From a candidate division WOR-3 bacterium (GTDB taxonomy: Bacteria; Hydrothermota; UBA3072; B12-G15), in assembly GCA_965649055.1 (NCBI GenBank), contig CBFGJG010000048.1:1-13413 (forward strand): a stretch of 13,413 nt of DNA. The letters are read 5' to 3'. The notes under the pieces were generated by a model. It worked only from the letters and a program-made list of their open reading frames with translations. It was not told the DNA's origin and searched no databases. Shown here in pieces: positions 8,801-13,413 of this stretch (its first letter is position 1; each line of letters opens with the position of its first letter). Both the position numbers and the translations under genes were made by a program.

Positions 8801-10672
8801 ATGCATTCCATCTGCTAATGTATCAATGATGTCCAGTAATACTAAGTGTATAGCACCATCATTATTTACATCTGATGGAAAGGCAAGTTTAGTCGTTAAT
8901 ATTGGATATATATTATTTTCAAAAATGCTATCTGCCTTAGAAATTAATGGTATTAAAGACACATTCTTTTCAACATTTTCATCATTATCCTGTATCCATG
9001 TATTCCCTGAATCATATGTGCAGTATACACCATTATGATTTGCAACATATATTGTCTCAGGTGAAACTGGTGCTATCTGCTTAATCAATTTCACATAATC
9101 ATGCAATCCATAATTGTCAAATCCATTCTTTAAATTAACCCAGTTCGATGAACCTTTTATCAATCTGTAAAGATAATTATTACTTCCAACATAAAGATTA
9201 CCAGACTTATCTATCGCTATTGAATAATACTCATTTGTATTAGGTAAATCGTATGTTACATCAACCCAGTTTGTCTCCTTAAAATATACCTTCTTTGCTT
9301 CAGGGTCTAAAAATGCATAATATGAACCAACAGGGTCTGAAACTATATATTTAGGTGCACCTTTGTAATGAAATTCCTTTACCCATACTGTTGAATCACA
9401 CCTGTATATACCATCTGATGTTGATGCATATACCTTCTCTTTTATACTTGTATGACCAACAAGGTCATATATCCAAGGCCTTATTGATATATCATCTACA
9501 TAATATGTGTATCCATTCTCAATAGGTGCCCTCAACCTTATCTCGTTCCCTGTTATGGATGTAGTATCCATATCCATCTCATAATATTTTGAAGTCCCAT
9601 AAACAATAGCCTTTCCATTATCAAAATCACACCATATAGAAATCCTGTTCCAATTGTTAACAGAAAGATAATCAATAACCTTATCAGGACTCTTCAATGG
9701 TGAGAATGACCAGTTCCTTAAGAGTAAATCTAATTTCTTCCCATTCTGAATTATTGTTATAATACCTGATACATACTCATCAACACCTGTTATAGAAGGT
9801 AAATAAACATAAATCTCTATAATTTTTCTTGACAATGTGTCAACCATTGGGTATTTTGCATAATAATTTCCCTTGCTGTTATTTGCATAAACCTTTATAG
9901 AATATTGAACATTTACAGTATCATTACCTGTAAAAGGAGACCTTGCATGCTCTTTTGTCCTTGATATGTAATTATTTACATCATTCACCCTTTCCCATGT
10001 AGGTGGAACATTTGGGTCTGTTCCTGCTTGCTCCATATCCTCATAATCATAAAGGATATCTGCAAATTTAGACCAGTTAGAATTAGCAAGGAATGTCCTT
10101 CTATAAACAACACCATTATTCCACAGACCATACATCATAGCATTACCAAGTGTAGCACTCGTAAGATTAACAGGTGAAGCACATACCTGCGGAACATATC
10201 CAGGGAGCTGTGCAAGTTGTTGTCCTGCCCATGTTGAGCCTGTGTTTTGTGTCATATAAATACCATTTGATGTTGAAAGGAGTATCCTTGCAGTTGTTGT
10301 TCCCCATATATTCTGTATATATGCATCAAGAAGTTCAAGGCCTACCATAGAAGCAAGAAAACCACCATTTGTATAAGAACCTGCCGGGATATCTTTTCTG
10401 AAAGAAAGTGTTTCACTTTCTGAGAATTTAGCATCTATCTTATACCATAATCTTTTATTTACAAGGTCAGCTAACAAGAATTTGGGTTTTATTTCTATTT
10501 CTTCGACCCATAAAATAACTTTTCCAGATACATCTTTTGCCTTTGTATTAACAATTCGGTATTCTTTATGAAAACCCTGATCTTGTGTCCAGAAAATCTT
10601 TTCCTGATTTAATTCGTAAGGGGAAATTATATTTGTAAATAGCACAATAAATAAAATAAATATTTTTCTCAT
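5807..10672 (-). CDS. Large secreted multidomain protein: inactive M30-like peptidase domain with inserted beta-propeller and jelly-roll, two fibronectin type III domains, an uncharacterised Asp-rich domain and a T9SS type A C-terminal sorting domain
   Basis: RBS GGAGG at 10682-10678 favours ATG 10672 (signal peptide MRKIFILFIVLF) over 10684. Asp-box-like motifs are MTQNTGSTW and CTYDSGNTW. FN3 motifs are RPFNL...VELVWERP...YYYYVIANY and PPYHL...VFLYWFPP...YKISAVY. The protein ends with FKIFDICGRQIK...KKGVYFITV...RKLIILR. Confidence 0.9.
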   Translation of the reverse strand: MRKIFILFIVLFTNIISPYELNQEKIFWTQDQGFHKEYRIVNTKAKDVSGKVILWVEEIEIKPKFLLADLVNKRLWYKIDAKFSESETLSFRKDIPAGSYTNGGFLASMVGLELLDAYIQNIWGTTTARILLSTSNGIYMTQNTGSTWAGQQLAQLPGYVPQVCASPVNLTSATLGNAMMYGLWNNGVVYRRTFLANSNWSKFADILYDYEDMEQAGTDPNVPPTWERVNDVNNYISRTKEHARSPFTGNDTVNVQYSIKVYANNSKGNYYAKYPMVDTLSRKIIEIYVYLPSITGVDEYVSGIITIIQNGKKLDLLLRNWSFSPLKSPDKVIDYLSVNNWNRISIWCDFDNGKAIVYGTSKYYEMDMDTTSITGNEIRLRAPIENGYTYYVDDISIRPWIYDLVGHTSIKEKVYASTSDGIYRCDSTVWVKEFHYKGAPKYIVSDPVGSYYAFLDPEAKKVYFKETNWVDVTYDLPNTNEYYSIAIDKSGNLYVGSNNYLYRLIKGSSNWVNLKNGFDNYGLHDYVKLIKQIAPVSPETIYVANHNGVYCTYDSGNTWIQDNDENVEKNVSLIPLISKADSIFENNIYPILTTKLAFPSDVNNDGAIHLVLLDIIDTLADGMHNWCYSFFNPVDLDLYNAYSNKSEVIYWDYQLLGKNYDNSIKDISRTMTLLIHYNYDEDEEEWIDNILKQYGVYLTYFGEGNFAGNYSVSGYLKNASNSSAGFTFALYLYENYGNNLIKDILLSPYNSIEGIDSALKNNGISENFYDIFSNYRIALKLDKPPIYGFNYATTIIGEDLIKKFPYQKRISELLEINSLKDTSFVAGNWLYITAQKNANLSLKILKCGNDTIIEDFSFQPYNDGIVSKPFLTYFTYYYFFTSKTGCEVKLDYPYKTFNRPFNLRTISDYLNRKVELVWERPFASYKYFLNFTIFRACSTDMIFYPIATIDSTHFVDNSVFNDSVYYYYVIANYSDCTSSPSDTVKNHPSLFSPPYHLRGYQDMNNNVFLYWFPPEYWRNPFLESKNNLLYYKIYRKIDSSPYTLIKINYTNHFYNDPNVTGDTIIYKISAVYKYGSSVLERSIEKTIEKYNNFVNQPTYIPSFITNDVGFLSAVVSNFGLFGYPNADQTGNPSYDWPNFSGYYYLWEGRLWIGAKVGENIYVSHADYGSYEFSPSDTSWKYYARGKGDLDIVSEYVDYEGYYTNSYKLGLKIIQRCIGWAFDPILSHAKAYEIYIIYNKSKFNITGVQAPNKLRDVYVSICFDADISEADNENPHIDDLVCYDGWTGNEWINLSHFPSPSDEYTILKDTIFLSSDGYPDQGFIYGDDPDENTVYNDTFFVYRNMSYMYDGDDPATIEDDTGDNGLSPGYIFANVIYAPPSGSDSIYIGKNNDTIRIIRPASHSWWNWNDDPGTDKDKYLFMSGRHPKMFGYKFLPHPYDLGASVFDYRFNLSLGPFTIANNETICIVIGTGVGYGLNGGYEPVFFKRYIPGARTIADRLITKYYEGSQHSDPLHPSGPDDDIHWGYNGKKKNDIYTYNLNMPTIAFDNNLKFTITAPKTEKYKFKIFDICGRQIKYFEKTIEGGMENLIYINIENMKKGVYFITVSNENRVLDKRKLIILR

Positions 10673-10684
10673 AAAAACCTCCAT

Positions 10685-12109
10685 TTATCTAAAATTTGGG
10701 TCAAAATCATCATAAATATTGTCGGTGATATTGGTTTGGTTTGAACCATCTAAATTCATTATATATATATCCACGTCACCATCTCTATTTGATGTAAAAA
10801 CTATTTTTGAACCATCAGGTGAGAAAGAAGGTTCTGCATCATCAAAGCTATTATTTGTGAGTTTAATAACGTTTGAACCATTTGCATTCATTATGTATAT
10901 TTCACCATCCCCATCTCTATTTGAAGAAAACAAAATCTTTGAACCATCAGGCGAAAAACAAGGGTCAAAATCATTATATGGATTATTAGTAAGATTTAGC
11001 AGGTTAGAACCATCCGCATTCATAATATATATTTCCCAGTTTCCTGTAATATTTGAAGTAAATAGAATCTTAGAACCATCTGGTGACCAGCATGGGTCAT
11101 AATCGGATGCTGAGTTGTAAGTTAGTCTTGATTGATTGGAACCATCAACATTCATAATGTAAATCTCGCTATTCCCATCTCGCCAGGAAGAGAAAACAAT
11201 CTTCTGTCCATCAGGTGAAAATGAAGGCTCATAGTCCATAAATACATTATTTGTAAGTTTCAACCTATTAGAGCCATCAGCATCCATAATGTATATCTCA
11301 CCATTACCATCTTTTATTGATGTAAAAACTATTTTTTTTCTATCAGAAGACCAAGAAGGGTCACATTCATCATAATACAGATTATTTGTAAGATTTTTTT
11401 CGTATGAGCCATCCGATGTTATTACAAATATATCGTAGTTTTGATTTCTGTATGAATAAAATACTATATATTGTTCTTCTATTTTAATCTCAGCCCCTTC
11501 AGACCATTGAGATTTAATTCCCTTAATATCTTTCGCCTGTGCTTTCACTATATATGTCCCTTTTTCCGACCAAAAGTGAACCATATTAACTGTATCTCCC
11601 GAAGCCACATAACTGCTCCAAGATGATGTATCACCATCTCCCCAGGAAAATCTTAAACATACACTATCACTATCCGGGTCGAAAGAAAACGTTGAAAAAG
11701 AATAATTTATATTTTTTTCACCATTTGTAGGTCCAATAGGCTTATAAGGTTTAGCTGGGACATGTATATCAGAAATATAAACAGTTATCATTTCAGAACC
11801 CTCATTTCCACTTTCATCAGTTGCCTTTGCGAGAATAGTGTGCGAAGAATTAATTTCAAGCGGATAGGTATTCCATAAGTATGTGCAAGTATCATCTGAA
11901 CTTGAACTTACTTTATTTCCATCTATGAAGATTTGGAGGGTATTCACTTTCACATTATCATATGCTTTTACACTAATTTTTACAATTCCAGAGACATAAG
12001 AATTATTCTCAGGTTCTAATATCTCTACAATCGGTGGAGTAGTGTCCTTCTTTGAACAATCTAGAAAAAAAATAAATAAGATGAAAATGTAAGTAAATTT
12101 TTTTAACAT
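10685..12109 (-). CDS. Lipoprotein with an Ig-like (Big) domain, a PKD-like domain and a TolB-like PD40 beta-propeller
   Basis: RBS GGAGG at 12118-12114 favours ATG 12109. The signal MLKKFTYIFILFIFFLD-C is lipoprotein-type. DTTPPIVEILEP...AKATDESGN is Ig-like and FSWGDGDTSSW...HFWSEKGTYIVKAQAKD is PKD-like. The repeated PSFSPDGSKIVFTSNRDG.EIYIMN.DGSN units are PD40-type. Confidence 0.92.
   Translation of the reverse strand: MLKKFTYIFILFIFFLDCSKKDTTPPIVEILEPENNSYVSGIVKISVKAYDNVKVNTLQIFIDGNKVSSSSDDTCTYLWNTYPLEINSSHTILAKATDESGNEGSEMITVYISDIHVPAKPYKPIGPTNGEKNINYSFSTFSFDPDSDSVCLRFSWGDGDTSSWSSYVASGDTVNMVHFWSEKGTYIVKAQAKDIKGIKSQWSEGAEIKIEEQYIVFYSYRNQNYDIFVITSDGSYEKNLTNNLYYDECDPSWSSDRKKIVFTSIKDGNGEIYIMDADGSNRLKLTNNVFMDYEPSFSPDGQKIVFSSWRDGNSEIYIMNVDGSNQSRLTYNSASDYDPCWSPDGSKILFTSNITGNWEIYIMNADGSNLLNLTNNPYNDFDPCFSPDGSKILFSSNRDGDGEIYIMNANGSNVIKLTNNSFDDAEPSFSPDGSKIVFTSNRDGDVDIYIMNLDGSNQTNITDNIYDDFDPNFR
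10690..11470 (-). repeat. 132-bp (44-aa) PD40/TolB blade repeats with a 66-bp sub-period
   Basis: The GAACCAT(C)-like motif (DGS codons on the minus strand) recurs at 10743, 10809, 10875, 10941, 11007, 11073 and 11139, with variants at 11205 and 11271. Confidence 0.85.
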
Positions 12110-12134
12110 ATTACCTCCAAGTAATCTCATAAAA

Positions 12135-12162
12135 ATATTACAAATAAATTAAATTTTGTCAA
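12135..12162 (-). promoter_or_regulatory. Putative sigma70 promoter for the lipoprotein/T9SS-cargo operon
   Basis: On the minus strand: TTGACA (12162-12157), a 16-nt spacer, then TAATAT (12140-12135), just upstream of the RBS. Confidence 0.6.
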
Positions 12163-12505
12163 CAGTTATCAACATTAATATATCTAAAAATTAAGTTTTG
12201 TTTATAAAATAGAGTTGTAAAAACCAATTTGTATAAATGTTTTATAAATTGTTAATTTTAAAATCTTAGATTACCACGCGTTAATAAAGATGATTATTAA
12301 AGAAATCTAAATATTTGTAATGATTTTCAATTTTATTCAAAATTGCTATTCTCTTTTTGCTATTCAGATTGTTGTCCATCCTAATTATCTTTTATTGAGT
12401 CCGTTGGACTCTCATTTTTTAAGATGATTTTCGATTACTATTATTTTAACTATCAAAACTTATCACAATTTTCATGATCTTTTCCAATAAATTTTTTTAA
12501 TCCAC

Positions 12506-12534
12506 TTGACTTTTTTAAATTCTTAGATTATATT
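12506..12534 (+). promoter_or_regulatory. Putative sigma70 promoter (divergent, + strand)
   Basis: TTGACT (12506-12511), a 17-nt spacer, then TATATT (12529-12534). The predicted transcription start is near 12541. Confidence 0.65.
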
Positions 12535-12553
12535 TATAAAAATAGGGGAATTT

Positions 12554-12595
12554 ATGAAGATCTTCTTAATTGAGGTCAGATTAAAATTCCTTTAA
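12554..12595 (+). CDS. Possible 13-aa leader peptide MKIFLIEVRLKFL
   Basis: An AGGGG RBS-like motif at 12544-12548 precedes ATG 12554, and the frame ends in tandem TAA TAA at 12593-12598. It lies directly after the predicted transcription start. Confidence 0.3.
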   Translation: MKIFLIEVRLKFL

Positions 12596-12600
12596 TAAAG

Positions 12601-12622
12601 CCTTCATCTTTTCAGATGAAGG
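12601..12622. terminator. Perfect 9-bp stem-loop (terminator- or attenuator-like)
   Basis: CCTTCATCT-TTTC-AGATGAAGG. On the minus strand the loop is GAAA and the stem is followed by CTTTATT. The + strand has no good U-tract. Confidence 0.5.
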
Positions 12623-12686
12623 TTCGAAGATTCAGTTAATTTAAACTTATAAAAAATTAATTGAAAAATTTAAAAAGGAGAGAAAA

Positions 12687-13349
12687 ATAAAAAAGATATT
12701 AAAAATTTTAATTGTTATATTGTTTTTTAATAGTTGCACAAGTGCTATAAAATTTACAAAAGAATCAGTAGTATCCGATCCTGAAAAAGACGAGTTTATT
12801 CAAAAAAATACCCAACTTTCTCCTCTCCACAGACTGACACAGGGTCTTTATACTGCAAATATTGATCATTAAAGACTTAATGGTAAAACCTGTGCAATAG
12901 TATTTGCTTACTTTGGATTGTCAACAGGGCTTAGTTTTAATTCCCAAAATGCGAAGATTTTAGCGAACAAAATGGCGGACTTTATAAAAGAATATTTTTC
13001 TAAAGCAGGTCTTGAATTTGTTCCATATGATTATGTCTTTAAAAGTAATAAATACAATTCGTTAGTTTATAAAGAGAAGGCAGAAAAGAAAAAGCATGTG
13101 ATATTTGCAACCCCTTATGGTCTAAAGCATGTTAGTCACTGGACTATGAGTTTAAATGCCAAATCTGTTGTGGAGAATATGGCGGAAATAGCAAAAGAAC
13201 TGAATGTTGATTATGTTATGCTTGTTAATATGCAAACAGAAGTCGGGTATAGAGGAGTATTTATAAATAGATACATTCATTCAATCTTGAAATTTTTAAA
13301 ACCACCGCGGGAAGATCAGGGACATGGTGGTACAATTTATTATAATTAA
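12687..13349 (+). pseudogene. Disrupted lipoprotein gene of unknown family
   Basis: RBS AAGGAG at 12675-12680 is followed by ATA 12687 in place of ATG. The frame reads (M)KKILKILIVILFFNS-C-TSAIKF..., a lipoprotein-type signal. After an in-frame TAA at 12870-12872 the same frame continues RLNGKTCAIVFAYFG into the listed ORF 12918-13349. Confidence 0.75.
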
Positions 13350-13413
13350 CATTTAAGTTTTGTCTAAAAATTTTATCATAAATCTCATCAATTATTATAG
13401 GTGGTATATATGC

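Noticed and set aside
6490..11102. ORFs 6490-6729, 6733-6948, 7543-7794, 8826-9038 and 10719-11102
   Set aside because: All are nested in or antisense to long genes. The repeats in 10719-11102 simply mirror the PD40 repeats.
10743..11280. 66-bp periodic GAACCATC motif as a CRISPR array
   Set aside because: The conserved unit is only ~8 bp and in frame (Asp-Gly-Ser turns of propeller blades). The intervening sequences are themselves homologous, and no cas genes are present.
10685..12109. Gene symbol tolB
   Set aside because: It has a lipoprotein signal and Ig/PKD domains instead of the TolB N-terminal domain, and there is no tol-pal context.
12397..12420. Hairpin GAGTCC-GTT-GGACTC followed by a T-run
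   Set aside because: The stem is short (6 bp) with a 3-nt loop, and there is no upstream + strand gene to terminate. It may be chance.
12160..12500. AT-rich spacer with DnaA-box-like TTATCAACA as a replication origin
   Set aside because: Only isolated mismatched boxes occur, with no cluster and no dnaA context.
12870..12872. Stop-codon reassignment or read-through of TAA
   Set aside because: TAA terminates several other genes in this window, and the same gene also has a damaged start codon.
13399..13413. AGGTGG followed by ATG at 13410 as a new gene start
   Set aside because: It is plausible, but only one codon lies inside the window, so it cannot be supported.

Overview
This is an AT-rich bacterial window. 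A type IX secretion (T9SS)-like C-terminal sorting domain, LVIVD and PD40 propeller proteins and strong GGAGG ribosome-binding sites (RBS) suggest an FCB-related lineage such as WOR-3/TA06, but that assignment is inference only. In order it contains: (1) the 3' end of an LVIVD-repeat gene that stops mid-repeat; (2) an intact IS481-like integrase (rve) core gene with its own RBS, no HTH domain and an altered DDE triad, behind a sigma54/IHF-like upstream region; (3) a convergent 1364-aa twin-cyclase + STAND ATPase + TPR protein resembling soluble adenylyl cyclase; (4) a minus-strand two-gene operon encoding an Ig/PKD/TolB-like lipoprotein and a ~1620-aa secreted protein; and (5) a divergent lipoprotein pseudogene (ATA start, internal TAA) behind a sigma70 promoter and a structured leader with a 13-aa uORF. 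The large secreted protein appears to hold a catalytically dead M30-like zinc peptidase split by a beta-propeller, which is itself split by a jelly-roll module. No tRNA, rRNA or CRISPR array was seen. Family assignments come from remembered motif patterns, not database searches.
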